A stretch of DNA of 64,000 bases. Origin: Spirochaetaceae bacterium (GTDB lineage: Bacteria > Spirochaetota > Spirochaetia > DSM-27196 > SKKC01). Of this stretch, positions 17,748 to 27,057 are shown in pieces. The translations under genes were made by a program, and so were the position numbers. The DNA is taken from NCBI GenBank assembly GCA_046542845.1, contig JBKHAN010000003.1:4166-68165 (forward strand), in the 5' to 3' direction. The notes beneath the pieces were generated by a model. The model was not told the DNA's origin. It saw nothing but the letters and a program-made list of their open reading frames with translations, and did not search any database. The first letter of the stretch is position 1. Every line of letters begins with the position of its first letter.

Positions 17748-19022
17748 CTAAAAGGTCATAGCGACCTGAACACGACCCGACATAACCGCAGACTCAACTG
17801 AGGACTCGGCACCGGGAACAAACGCGAACGCGGCGGCCGAGAGTGACAGATCCGAAACCGGTCGGTAGCGAACCGATAATCCACTGTCGAAGCCAAGATA
17901 AAGCGATCCGGTATCGCTGTCGGCGAGCTCGCTCTCCTGCGTCGCGTTCAGTCTGAATATACCACGAGAGTCGAGAATAACCTGAAAACCCGAGAAGGGA
18001 CCCGTGAGAAAGGGTCGAGTCGACCACGATGTCGAAACCTGAGCGTGACCGGCAGCGGAAACCGACTCAACGCGCCCGAGGATCAACGGCGTAACCGGTC
18101 GGAAGTCCCGCAGTCCTACCGCTTCACTGCTCGCCGAAACAAGCCCGAGCGTGAGAACATTGCGATTACGGTCGCCCGGGTAGTACTCAAGGAGGGCCTG
18201 GAGGAGGAGCGATAGATCGATGGAGCTGAAACCCGGCCGGGGCAGCGTAAGCCCCGCCCCGAGAACTGTCGATGCGTTGAGGACGTAGCGATCGCCGAGT
18301 GGTCTTTCGGTGTACACGTTCAGATACGCCGAGTGATAGCGCGATGACCCGTCAATCGACTCCGGTGACGCCACGTTCGGCAGGTCCCACTGGGTCGTGA
18401 TCTCAACCCCGGACTCTACACCCGACGCGGCCCGAAGTCCGTAACCGGTTCTCGTGAGGAGGCGCCCAGGACCAAATACAGCGCCCTCGTCGTCGGACAG
18501 GGAGAGCAATTCCGCGTCGCTCTCGGTCAGTGCGATGCGCGAAGAGGGCCGGAGAACAAGCCCTGTATAGGCAGCGTCGAGTCGAAACACAGCAGACCCG
18601 AAATCACCGCGCATTCGAAAACCGTCGGCAGGGTGCACAACGATGCGTCGACTGCGATCCGAAAAGGAATACCGACCGAACCGATACACGGCACGACCGG
18701 AAAATACACCGTCTTGCTCTAGATCGAGGTACAACTGCTCAAGATCGAAGAGGTAGCTTCCTTCAAGAAAGGAATCAGGTGCGGGCGAGTACTCTGCGAA
18801 GCCGAGGACACGAAAGAGTGCACGTTCGCCAATGAACGATGTTCCGCCGAACGAACCGCGAAAACCCTGCGTTGCCGAGAGCGCTCCCGAGGAAGGAACC
18901 CAGCGGCCTTCGGAGGTACTTGATACAACAACTTCATACCCGGCCTGCTGGGCAGATGTGCCCGCGAGAGCAACGAGAAACAGGATGGCGGAAGACAGTA
19001 TTCGTCTCAAGCGTCTGCGCAC
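17748..19022 (-). CDS. Putative outer-membrane beta-barrel protein
   Basis: 424 aa with a GTG start and a signal peptide (AILFLVALAGTSAQQ). It shows alternating-polarity strands and a C-terminal ...VQVAMTF ending in Phe. It lies upstream of the FecR gene on the same strand. Confidence 0.55.
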   Translation of the reverse strand: MRRRLRRILSSAILFLVALAGTSAQQAGYEVVVSSTSEGRWVPSSGALSATQGFRGSFGGTSFIGERALFRVLGFAEYSPAPDSFLEGSYLFDLEQLYLDLEQDGVFSGRAVYRFGRYSFSDRSRRIVVHPADGFRMRGDFGSAVFRLDAAYTGLVLRPSSRIALTESDAELLSLSDDEGAVFGPGRLLTRTGYGLRAASGVESGVEITTQWDLPNVASPESIDGSSRYHSAYLNVYTERPLGDRYVLNASTVLGAGLTLPRPGFSSIDLSLLLQALLEYYPGDRNRNVLTLGLVSASSEAVGLRDFRPVTPLILGRVESVSAAGHAQVSTSWSTRPFLTGPFSGFQVILDSRGIFRLNATQESELADSDTGSLYLGFDSGLSVRYRPVSDLSLSAAAFAFVPGAESSVESAVMSGRVQVAMTF

Positions 19023-19121
19023 GGAGTGCCCCCATACGACAACAGATGATGTTTTTTATCACGCTTGCTGAACAGGGGGCAAGCCGAATCCGGGAAAACA
19101 GCGAGACCCGCGGGCGCCGTG

Positions 19122-19589
19122 TTACTGAGGGAAGCTCGTGAGAAGCTTCTGCATCTGCGCCCAGCGTTTCTCGCCGACGTGATCCACGATACGGCTATAC
19201 GCTTTCTGCCAGTTAATCAGGCCTTCCTTGACAGCCGTAAGACCTTTACGACTGAGGGAATACCGCTGTGTGCGCTTATCCTTGCCGGGCTTGCTTGTTA
19301 CATACCCTCTCTGCTCGAGGGTATCCACAATTCTGCTGACCGTACTCGGGTCCGATCCGATATGACCTGAAAGCTCTGAACAGCCGGGGCCGTCAAGCAT
19401 TTTGATGTGCACCAGGATCTGGAACTGGGCGTTCGTTACCTTGCCGCCGCGAAACTCTTCTTCGAAAATGCGACTGATGGATTTGTACACCTTGCCGATA
19501 CGGCTGGCGGGACAGATGGTCGGGATAACATCGAGGCTCTCGAGAAGTTCGTCAACGGGCTTCTCCTGAACCAATTCTGTGGTACTCAT
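19122..19589 (-). CDS. MarR-family transcriptional regulator
   Basis: 155 aa with a winged-helix core CSELSGHIGSDPSTVSRIVDTLEQRGYVTSKPGKDKRTQRYSLSRKG. Confidence 0.85.
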   Translation of the reverse strand: MSTTELVQEKPVDELLESLDVIPTICPASRIGKVYKSISRIFEEEFRGGKVTNAQFQILVHIKMLDGPGCSELSGHIGSDPSTVSRIVDTLEQRGYVTSKPGKDKRTQRYSLSRKGLTAVKEGLINWQKAYSRIVDHVGEKRWAQMQKLLTSFPQ

Positions 19590-19635
19590 GATATTTTTCC
19601 TTATGTTTTGTTATGTGTCCGGCGCGTACGATTAT

Positions 19636-19670
19636 CGGATGCGAACGGAGTGTCGTTCGAAGGGTATCCG
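19636..19670. promoter_or_regulatory. Imperfect palindrome in the MarR/oxidoreductase divergent region (candidate MarR operator)
   Basis: CGGATgCGAACGgagtgtCGTTCGaagggtATCCG. The inner arms CGAACG/CGTTCG lie at 19642-19659. Confidence 0.2.
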
Positions 19671-19771
19671 GTGTATGCCCGGAATCGTATACTCGCATGA
19701 TATTACATAATACTCGACTCGAAAACCCTTTGAAGACCTACATGTAGTTAAAACCTGATATAGTGGTGGTC

Positions 19772-20884
19772 ATGCTGCGAGTGCTACTCATTGGAGCCGG
19801 ACATACCCACGTTCACATACTTCGGTATGCAGAACGCCTGACCCGAACGGGAACCGATGTCCTTGTCGTAACCCCGGATTCGGTTCACCCGTATTCCGGT
19901 ATGGGTCCCGGCCTGCTCGGCGGAACGTACTCCTGGGAGCAGATATGCCTTCCAGTAGAAGCGCTCGCGAGACACTCCGGGGTATCGTTTGTTCGGGGCA
20001 CTGTGTCCGGAGTCGAACCCGGGTCACAGACGGTTACACTGCAGGACGGCAGGACCCTGGAGTACGACATTTTATCGGTAAACACGGGAAGTACGGTCGG
20101 CGCGAATGAACTCCCCGGCAGCCCTCGCCTGTACACCGTGAAACCGATAGCGGAACTGAAACGCCTCCGAGGCAGCCTCATGGCAGCCGCTTCTCGAGCC
20201 CGCGGTATTCATGATTCCGTGCTCCGGGTTGCAGTCATCGGAGGCGGTCCGGCAGGCGTCGAATGTGCGGGAAACGCCGCCTTCCTTCTGCACAGATATG
20301 GCCGCGCGCGTGCCGAGGTGCGCTTGTATACTCGATCCGAGCGACTTGCCCGCATGAGTTCGCGGCGAAGTCGCTGGCTGTCACGTTTTTTGACGCGGCA
20401 TGGTGTCGACATACATCATACGACGGTCGCCAACCCGAATGACATAGACGCAGACTTTGTCGTTCTGGCCACCGGAACACGGCCGCCCGAGGCGCTTTGC
20501 CGATACGGACTGCCACTCGGTCCGAACGGTGGAATTGCCATTGGCGGAACGCTCCAGAGCAACGCGTACCCGAACATCTTTGCTGTCGGTGACTGCGCCG
20601 ATTTCCTTCCCGCACCGCTTGACCGTGTTGGCGTGTACGCGGTGCGCATGCAGGAGGTTCTGCTCGAAAACATCGATGGCCTGACCACGACGCTCGCCAC
20701 ACACGCGCCGGCGAGTGAAGCACAGCTCCGGGCGTTTACCGGAACAGGAGCGTACCTTGCCGGCGTTAATGCAGGGTTTGGAAGCGGTCTCCTGTACCGG
20801 GGGCCCTGGAGCGTCCGCGGGCGCATGGCGTTCCGCATCAAGGACCTTATTGACCGGCGCTTCATGCGTCGATACCAGGTCTGA
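19772..20884 (+). CDS. FAD/NAD(P)-dependent pyridine-nucleotide-disulfide-type oxidoreductase
   Basis: The track ORF begins at GTG 19763; I prefer the ATG at 19772. Dinucleotide-binding motifs are VLLIGAGHTHV and VAVIGGGPAGVECAG, with the FAD motif FAVGDCA. It is divergent from the MarR gene. Confidence 0.8.
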   Translation: MLRVLLIGAGHTHVHILRYAERLTRTGTDVLVVTPDSVHPYSGMGPGLLGGTYSWEQICLPVEALARHSGVSFVRGTVSGVEPGSQTVTLQDGRTLEYDILSVNTGSTVGANELPGSPRLYTVKPIAELKRLRGSLMAAASRARGIHDSVLRVAVIGGGPAGVECAGNAAFLLHRYGRARAEVRLYTRSERLARMSSRRSRWLSRFLTRHGVDIHHTTVANPNDIDADFVVLATGTRPPEALCRYGLPLGPNGGIAIGGTLQSNAYPNIFAVGDCADFLPAPLDRVGVYAVRMQEVLLENIDGLTTTLATHAPASEAQLRAFTGTGAYLAGVNAGFGSGLLYRGPWSVRGRMAFRIKDLIDRRFMRRYQV

Positions 20885-20928
20885 TAGATACCGTAACATA
20901 CTTCGATCGTGATATTCTGTTGAACATT

Positions 20929-21678
20929 ATGGATAAGCAATTCAGTTCTGAAGAGGTCCAGAAGATTATCGCTCGAGCGCTTGAAATCGACCATGAGACC
21001 CGTTCTGATTCGGCTCCTCAAGACACCACCACCGACAGATTCAGCGAGGGAGACATAAAACGCATCGCAGCAGAAGCGGGTATTCCCGCCGATGCGATCC
21101 GCAAGGCGACGGTCGAAGCGGTGACCCGCCCCGCCGAAGTCGTCGTATCGGGCAACCTGATACGCGTGGAACAGTTTGTCCCGGGACACCTTGACGACGA
21201 CGGACTCAGGCGACTTGAGCGCGAAGTTTCCGGTATCATTTCGCAGGAAGGCTCCGGCGGGCCGCTCAACCTTCCCGGTTCGACGGTTCTCGGAAGCTCG
21301 TCCATACGGTATCGAAGCGGGTATCTGAAAGAGCAGATTGATGGTCACAAGCTTCAGTTCACGATACAGAACCAGGCAGACGGTGTTCGACTGGAGGTGA
21401 ACGACGATATTTCGAACAGCATCACAGGCCTGTACGGGGGAATAGTCGGGGGCGGTGGACTCGGCATTGGTCTCGGTGTCGGTCTCGGCGTCGGGATCGG
21501 AGCGCTCGGTTCTGCAGCCTTTTCCATACTGTTTCCGGTAGTAACGATCTCCGGTATGTTCGTTCTCGCGCGGAAGGTTGCCGCACAGTACCGTGCCAGG
21601 CGTCGGGAGGAGGTACAGCGGATCAGCACATCGCTGTTGTCCGCCATTCGAACAGAACTCTCCGAAAGCTCTACGTGA
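20929..21678 (+). CDS. Hypothetical membrane protein with glycine-zipper TM segment
   Basis: ATG at 20929; the track uses TTG at 20920. It has a soluble N-terminal part, then GGIVGGGGLGIGLGVGLGVGIGALGSAAFSILFPVVTISGMFVLA. Its composition is far more protein-like than the 422-aa antisense ORF. Confidence 0.55.
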   Translation: MDKQFSSEEVQKIIARALEIDHETRSDSAPQDTTTDRFSEGDIKRIAAEAGIPADAIRKATVEAVTRPAEVVVSGNLIRVEQFVPGHLDDDGLRRLEREVSGIISQEGSGGPLNLPGSTVLGSSSIRYRSGYLKEQIDGHKLQFTIQNQADGVRLEVNDDISNSITGLYGGIVGGGGLGIGLGVGLGVGIGALGSAAFSILFPVVTISGMFVLARKVAAQYRARRREEVQRISTSLLSAIRTELSESST

Positions 21679-22609
21679 CCCCACCGTAATCGTTTACGGT
21701 CTCTGCGGGCACCGTGGAACTTTTCGCCTGAGCATCGAGCCGGATTACACCAAAAAGCGACGCAACGACAATAAAGCCACCGAGAAGAGCCATGGGCCCT
21801 GGAATCTCGGCAAAAAGAACTGCTGCGAGCACCGAGGCACTGATCGGCTCAAGGAGAATGGACGCGGACACGAAGCTCGCCGGGAGGTACTTGAGGCCCC
21901 AGTTAAAGATGCTGTGACCGAGAATGGTGCAAAAAAACGCGAGTGCGAGAAACAGGGCAAACTCGCGCAGGCTGTATCCGGAAAACGGTTCTCCGCTGAG
22001 CACGACAAAGACCATTAATACTACCGTCGCGGTCAGATACACACTGAAATTGTACGTGACCACCCCGACGGTCCGACGCACCGCACGGCCAATGAGCATA
22101 TATCCGGATACCGCCACCGCTCCGGCGACCGCCAGGAGATTCCCGGTCAGCGCTCCCGTTTCGCTCCCGGCGTTCGACAGACTCAGGATTATGCTTCCGG
22201 CAATCGCGCTGAAGATGCACAGGAAGACTGCCGGTCGCACCGATTCGCGCAGAAAAACGATACTGCCGGTCGCGACAAAAACCGGATGCAGCGTCACGAG
22301 GACGACGGCGCTTGCAACGCTGGTGTACCGGAGGCTGGTGATCCAGGTCGCAAAATGGAGCGCAAGGAACACGCCGCTGAGCAACAGCAGCGCGATGACA
22401 CGAACCGGGTGTTTTTGTGGACCGATATCTGATCTGCGGCGATGGAGTCGGAGCAGGTACGGGGGAAGGAGCATGGCACTCGTAAAGAGCATGCGATAAA
22501 ACGCGATAACGAGCGGTGGCGAATCCGAAAGGCGAATGAATATCGCTGACAAAGAGGCAAATGCGACGCCAACGAGCACAATAAGCCGTGCCCGGTCAGT
22601 ACTGTTCAT
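21671..22609 (-). CDS. EamA/DMT-family transporter
   Basis: About 10 TM helices in two EamA-like halves. I use the ATG at 22609 (MNSTDRARLIVLVGVAFASLSAIFIR); the track uses GTG at 22627. Confidence 0.85.
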   Translation of the reverse strand: MNSTDRARLIVLVGVAFASLSAIFIRLSDSPPLVIAFYRMLFTSAMLLPPYLLRLHRRRSDIGPQKHPVRVIALLLLSGVFLALHFATWITSLRYTSVASAVVLVTLHPVFVATGSIVFLRESVRPAVFLCIFSAIAGSIILSLSNAGSETGALTGNLLAVAGAVAVSGYMLIGRAVRRTVGVVTYNFSVYLTATVVLMVFVVLSGEPFSGYSLREFALFLALAFFCTILGHSIFNWGLKYLPASFVSASILLEPISASVLAAVLFAEIPGPMALLGGFIVVASLFGVIRLDAQAKSSTVPAETVNDYGGVT

Positions 22610-23888
22610 GTGATCGCTCCTGTACACCGACGGGGTGGAACGTCAAGGCAGGAATATGCGCCTCGAATATACTCCAGAGTTCGGGAAGAACGCGGTCAAT
22701 GATCATACGCGTCGCAGGTTCTACCCGCAGACAGGGATCGCCCCTGGAGTCGGTATAGCACTGCAGCGAGGGGAACGCGGACCAGTGATCCTGCAACACC
22801 GATAGTACCGTATCAGGGGTACACCCGAAACGCTGCTGCAACAGGCCCAGATGAACGCCCCGCCTCGTTCGCAGTCCGTTCATGAAATGTTCGAAAAAGT
22901 GATCGGTGACCGACAGTACTTCAACCGCAGGCGCATACACGCCCTGCTTCCATTTCTGATAGGCAAAGACGTCCTGCCCGGTGAGGCGCACCACGCGAGC
23001 GTCCGCGGAGTCCCCGGGTCGGGCGTACAGCATACCGACTGCTCCCGGTCCTATCCCGATGTAGGGATCGAGATTCCAGTACGCGGCGTTGTGAAGCGAC
23101 TCCTCGCCGGGAACGGCGTAATTCGAAACCTCGTAGCCCTCAAGACCGTATCTCTCCATGCGCTCGACGGCCGCATCCCAGAGCGCCTCGTGGTGATCAT
23201 GAGACGGCATCGCGAGCCGGCCATGGTTGATCTGTTGTGCGAGAACGGTGCCCGCTTCGACGGTCAGGCCGTACAGCGAGACATGTGCAACGCCACGGCT
23301 CAGAATTTCGTCAAGACTACGCGCAAGACGATCCGGCGTCTGAGCGGGCGTTCCGACGATGACATCGACACTCATACGACCACCAAAGTGCTCAAGCAGA
23401 TAGTCGACAGCCCGGAGCGCCGTGTCACGGTCGCTCCGGCGTCCGAGTACCGCAAGGTCTTCGTTATCGAGACTCTGTATTCCCATACTGACACGGTCAA
23501 TGAGCGATTCCTCGAGCACCTCAACGAGCTCGGGTGTTACCGACTCGGGGTTTACCTCCATGGTCGCCTCACGCAATGTATCGGCGCGCACTCCGGCGGC
23601 AGTCAGCGAGGAAAAGAACGAATGCAGGCGCTCGGGCGGCACGACGCTCGGAGTGCCTCCGCCGATGTACAGCGTATCAAAAAGGGGATGACCGAGTTGC
23701 TCATACCAGAACCGCGTCTCGGCAAGCATACCGTCAAGCGTCTCATTCAGAACCCGCGGCGGGTATCCAGTCTCAAGGTAAAACGCGCAGTAATGACAGC
23801 GGGTACGGCAGAACGGAATGTGCAGATACAGCGATGTCACGCGATGTCCGAGCGGGACCAGACCCGAATCAATCAGTGAATGTCTCAT
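22596..23888 (-). CDS. hemW: Radical-SAM HemW/HemN-like protein (oxygen-independent coproporphyrinogen oxidase family)
   Basis: LYLHIPFCRTRCHYCAFY carries the CxxxCxxC cluster motif, and GGGTPS is present. The ATG at 23888 forms an ATGA overlap with the upstream rluA-like stop; the track start at 23897 is also possible. Confidence 0.85.
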   Translation of the reverse strand: MRHSLIDSGLVPLGHRVTSLYLHIPFCRTRCHYCAFYLETGYPPRVLNETLDGMLAETRFWYEQLGHPLFDTLYIGGGTPSVVPPERLHSFFSSLTAAGVRADTLREATMEVNPESVTPELVEVLEESLIDRVSMGIQSLDNEDLAVLGRRSDRDTALRAVDYLLEHFGGRMSVDVIVGTPAQTPDRLARSLDEILSRGVAHVSLYGLTVEAGTVLAQQINHGRLAMPSHDHHEALWDAAVERMERYGLEGYEVSNYAVPGEESLHNAAYWNLDPYIGIGPGAVGMLYARPGDSADARVVRLTGQDVFAYQKWKQGVYAPAVEVLSVTDHFFEHFMNGLRTRRGVHLGLLQQRFGCTPDTVLSVLQDHWSAFPSLQCYTDSRGDPCLRVEPATRMIIDRVLPELWSIFEAHIPALTFHPVGVQERSHEQY

Positions 23889-24697
23889 GGCGGGCATACA
23901 TGCGCGGGAGCCTCGCCGCGGTACACAGTCCGTTCGTCAATCCGTACCTCTGCGTGTTTCCAGTCGCGAGGCAGGTCGAACCCGAGTACCGAACACGCGT
24001 GCGTCCACGCCGGCGGGAGACCGGCCTGCACGCTCAGCGTTGCACCGGTATACGGGAGGGTCAACGAAAGGCTGAAGGCACGCAGGAACATCCGGGTGCC
24101 GAGCCTGATCGATACGGCGAAGTCGTTGTAGACCCGGTCGCCGTGACGGTTGTCACCGATTACCGGGCATGAGAGCGACTGCAAGTGACGTCGGGCCTGA
24201 TGCCGGCGTCCGGTCACAAGCGTCAACCTGAGCAGACTGAACCACGCCTCGGCATATTCGCCCACAGGCGACGGAACAACCGCTCTGGAGATCGTCCGGT
24301 ACCGGGTATACGAGGCCGATGGCTCCTGCCCCTCCCCTCGGGCGAGCGGGCGGTCGATGCATCCGTCGTCCGGCGCGTGACCACGGACGATAGCCAGATA
24401 CTCTTTCGTTATCCCGGACTCGCGCAGGAGCGTGGAGAGCCGGCCGGCTGTTTCCTTGTCGAGCGCAAAGAGCATGATTCCGCTCGTCCCGCGATCGAGC
24501 CGGTGTACGACCTGTACTTTTCGATGCAGAAGACCCGACAGTGTGTTGACGCAGTTCGGCGCATGTCGGTCGAACTGATTGGGGTGAACGATCATTCCCG
24601 CCGGCTTGTCCACCACCACCAGGCGACCATCCTGCCAGAGCACCGGGACCTTGTGGCGCACACCCTGCACGAAGGTTTCGGGAGCCTCTTCCGACAT
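23885..24697 (-). CDS. RluA-family pseudouridine synthase
   Basis: 270 aa with VVDKPAGMIVHP and the catalytic motif VHRLDRGTSGIMLFA. Confidence 0.85.
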   Translation of the reverse strand: MSEEAPETFVQGVRHKVPVLWQDGRLVVVDKPAGMIVHPNQFDRHAPNCVNTLSGLLHRKVQVVHRLDRGTSGIMLFALDKETAGRLSTLLRESGITKEYLAIVRGHAPDDGCIDRPLARGEGQEPSASYTRYRTISRAVVPSPVGEYAEAWFSLLRLTLVTGRRHQARRHLQSLSCPVIGDNRHGDRVYNDFAVSIRLGTRMFLRAFSLSLTLPYTGATLSVQAGLPPAWTHACSVLGFDLPRDWKHAEVRIDERTVYRGEAPAHVCPP

Positions 24698-24701
24698 TCC
24701 G

Positions 24702-25106
24702 TCACGCCTGGCCGAGGCTCAGATCGCCGTGAATCTTGAACACCCGCCCGTCGCGTGTTACCGATAACTCGCGATCAGGAAACTCCCGTGGTAAGAGCTC
24801 GCGGATCTTCTCCACCGCTTCTTCATCGATCTGATCTTCTATGTCGTCGGGAACGTCTTCGAGGGTGGCAATCTCGATCGAAAGCACATACCCGCGTCCG
24901 TGCTCCGATCCGTAACCCGCGGTGAAACTCGCCCCGACGTTAAACAGACCTGAGTGCTCTTTGTTGTCGGTCTCTCCACGGGACGGACGCGCGGGGTGGA
25001 GGTCGTACATTTCCCCGTATCTGTCTTCGAGATAATCGTCGACTTCGTCGAAAATGCGTTTCAGGCGATCCTGGAAATCCTTCGTTTGTGGATGTTTAAT
25101 GGACAT
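24702..25106 (-). CDS. Hypothetical cytoplasmic protein
   Basis: 134-aa acidic ORF with clean coding appearance. It lies 4 nt upstream of the pseudouridine synthase gene. I recognise no motif. Confidence 0.5.
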   Translation of the reverse strand: MSIKHPQTKDFQDRLKRIFDEVDDYLEDRYGEMYDLHPARPSRGETDNKEHSGLFNVGASFTAGYGSEHGRGYVLSIEIATLEDVPDDIEDQIDEEAVEKIRELLPREFPDRELSVTRDGRVFKIHGDLSLGQA

Positions 25107-25115
25107 ACCGAGTAC

Positions 25116-25814
25116 CTATCCCGCGATATCGAAGTACATCATAAAAAAGTGGCTTGCCGCACCCAGTAGCACAAACAGGTGCCAGATTTCGTGAAATCCG
25201 AAGACCCCCGGAAAAGGGTCAGGGCGTTTCAGTGCGTATATGACAGCACCTGCCGAATAGAAAATCCCGCCGGACAGAAGCCACACGATTCCGACATTCG
25301 ACAGCGAGGCCAGAACCGGCCGTATGCCAATCACGGCGAGCCACCCTATGACCAGGTACACGCCCGCGGTCAGCCATCTCGGTGCATTCAGCCAGAACAG
25401 TTTGATGATGATTCCGGTGAGCGCGAGACCCCACACGACCCCGAACAGGCTCCACCCCCAGCCGGGAAACTGCGGCTGCAGCGAGACAAGCGTCACCGGT
25501 GTGTAGGTTGCCGCGATCAGCACGTAAATCGACACGTGATCGAAGGTGCGCAGCCGTCGAAGCGCGCGATCCGACACGCGTGCGGCATGATAGAGGGCAC
25601 TCGCGGTGAACAGAAGAATCATGCCCGCGCCGTAGACGGAAAAACTGATAATCTGAGCCGGGTTACCGTAGCCTTTTACGAGAAGGAACACGAGCCCTAC
25701 CAATCCGAGGAGCGCTCCGAAGGCATGAGTAAGTGCATTTACCGGCTCACGAAGCCACGACTGCCGCGACACAGGACTGGAAGTCTCCGTTGACATTGTA
25801 CACGACCCTTTCAT
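25116..25814 (-). CDS. Hemolysin III / PAQR-family membrane protein
   Basis: 232 aa with 7 TM helices. Motifs are NALTHAFGA, SALYH, DHVSIYVLIAATYTP and FHEIWHLFVLLGAASHF. Confidence 0.9.
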   Translation of the reverse strand: MKGSCTMSTETSSPVSRQSWLREPVNALTHAFGALLGLVGLVFLLVKGYGNPAQIISFSVYGAGMILLFTASALYHAARVSDRALRRLRTFDHVSIYVLIAATYTPVTLVSLQPQFPGWGWSLFGVVWGLALTGIIIKLFWLNAPRWLTAGVYLVIGWLAVIGIRPVLASLSNVGIVWLLSGGIFYSAGAVIYALKRPDPFPGVFGFHEIWHLFVLLGAASHFFMMYFDIAG

Positions 25815-25830
25815 GGTGCTTGTGTGATTG

Positions 25831-25855
25831 CCGGCCGCACGTTCAGTACGGCCGG
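25831..25855. other. GC-rich hairpin between fba stop and the hemolysin III gene start
   Basis: CCGGCCG (25831-25837) pairs with CGGCCGG (25849-25855) around an 11-nt loop. Neither strand has a U-tract, so it may be a processing or stability element or a weak terminator. Confidence 0.3.
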
Positions 25856-25880
25856 TCCGTTCAGAGCAGGAGTGGGTATT

Positions 25881-26972
25881 CTAGTCTTCAAACACGAATT
25901 TGTCGACCGCGCCAAGATGACCAAAGGCCTCGACAAGGCGTTTGACAACCTGCTTTTCTCCGAGGTGCATCCACCCTCGGGGGTCTATCTTCTTCTTGTT
26001 GGGCTTGTCGGGACCTTCAGGGTTCCCCACCTGCGAATGAAGATATCCGTCGTTCTCGTCCATGTACTTCTTTATCGGCTGCGTAAAGGCCCACTGCGTA
26101 TCAGTGTCAATATTGAACTTGACGACACCGTAGGAAACCGCTTCGCTGATTTCCTCTTCCGTGGAGCCTGAACCGCCGTGGAAGACGAGCGCCAGCGGTT
26201 TCTCCGGCAGATTATGGACCTCTGCAACTTTATCCTGTGACGCTTTCAGGATTTTGGGTTTCAGTTTGACATTTCCAGGCTTGTACACACCGTGCGTATT
26301 TCCGAACGCGGCGGCGACCGTGAACTGACCGAGATCCTTCAGCGCTTCGTAGGCCGCAAGCACCTCTTCGGGCTGCGTGTACAGTCGCGAAGCGTCGACG
26401 TCGCTGTTGTCTACGCCGTCCTCCTCACCGCCTGTGACACCGAGTTCCAGCTCGAGCTGCATGTCGATGGCCGCGAGTTTTTTCATGTATTCGGTGCAGG
26501 TCGCCAGGTTCTCATCGAGAGATTCCTCGCTCAGGTCCAGCATATGCGAGCTGAACAGCGGCTTTCCGTGTTCTTCGCGGAACTTGGCACCTTCCTCGAT
26601 CAGGCCGTCGATCCACGGGAGAAGCTTCCGTGCGGCGTGGTCGGTATGCAGTACAACCGCAACGCCGTAAACCTTGCTGAGAATATGCACGTGCTGTGCA
26701 CCGGCAACGGCACCGGCTATCGCGGCCCGTTCCCCGGCATTATCCAGAAACTTGCCGGCGTTAAAGTGAGCTCCTCCGTTTGAGAACTGCACAATTATCG
26801 GGGCATTGGCTTCCTTTGCAGCCTGCATCGCCGAGTTGAGGCTGCTTGAGCCAATGACGTTGTAGGCGGGCAGCGCGCACTGCGCCTCACGGCAGTATGC
26901 ATACAGATCAATGAGATCCTGTCCGGTGACTACACCGGGTTTCAATTTGAGTTTAGAACCGACTTTATTCAT
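25881..26972 (-). CDS. fbaA: Fructose-bisphosphate aldolase, class II (E. coli FbaA type)
   Basis: Collinear with FbaA as I recall it (VIVQFSNGGA, VVLHTDHAARKLLPWIDGL, FSSHMLDLSEE, ELGVTGGEEDGVDN, FGNTHGVYKPGNV, VFHGGSGS, KFNIDTDTQWA). The start is set at ATG 26972 (MNKVGSKLKLKPGVVTG), which has a GGAGAC RBS. The track ORF extends further 5'. Confidence 0.95.
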   Translation of the reverse strand: MNKVGSKLKLKPGVVTGQDLIDLYAYCREAQCALPAYNVIGSSSLNSAMQAAKEANAPIIVQFSNGGAHFNAGKFLDNAGERAAIAGAVAGAQHVHILSKVYGVAVVLHTDHAARKLLPWIDGLIEEGAKFREEHGKPLFSSHMLDLSEESLDENLATCTEYMKKLAAIDMQLELELGVTGGEEDGVDNSDVDASRLYTQPEEVLAAYEALKDLGQFTVAAAFGNTHGVYKPGNVKLKPKILKASQDKVAEVHNLPEKPLALVFHGGSGSTEEEISEAVSYGVVKFNIDTDTQWAFTQPIKKYMDENDGYLHSQVGNPEGPDKPNKKKIDPRGWMHLGEKQVVKRLVEAFGHLGAVDKFVFED

Positions 26973-27057
26973 GGTTATGTCTCCTTCGTTCATTCTTCGT
27001 TCTTGCCACGGTATGCTACCATACTTGCTGCAGCGTCCACCACCCGTGAGGCGGCCG

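Noticed and set aside
19636-19670. GTTCGAA-containing hairpin that looked momentarily like a tRNA T-arm
   Set aside because: The flanks cannot form the acceptor, D or anticodon arms, and there is no cloverleaf. It is more likely an operator-like palindrome in a divergent promoter region.
20416-21684. 422-aa minus-strand ORF opposite the oxidoreductase 3' end and the glycine-zipper protein
   Set aside because: It has a junk-like composition rich in Arg, Cys and Pro. The plus-strand ORFs have real motifs (FAVGDCA) and a TM segment. I treat it as a shadow ORF.
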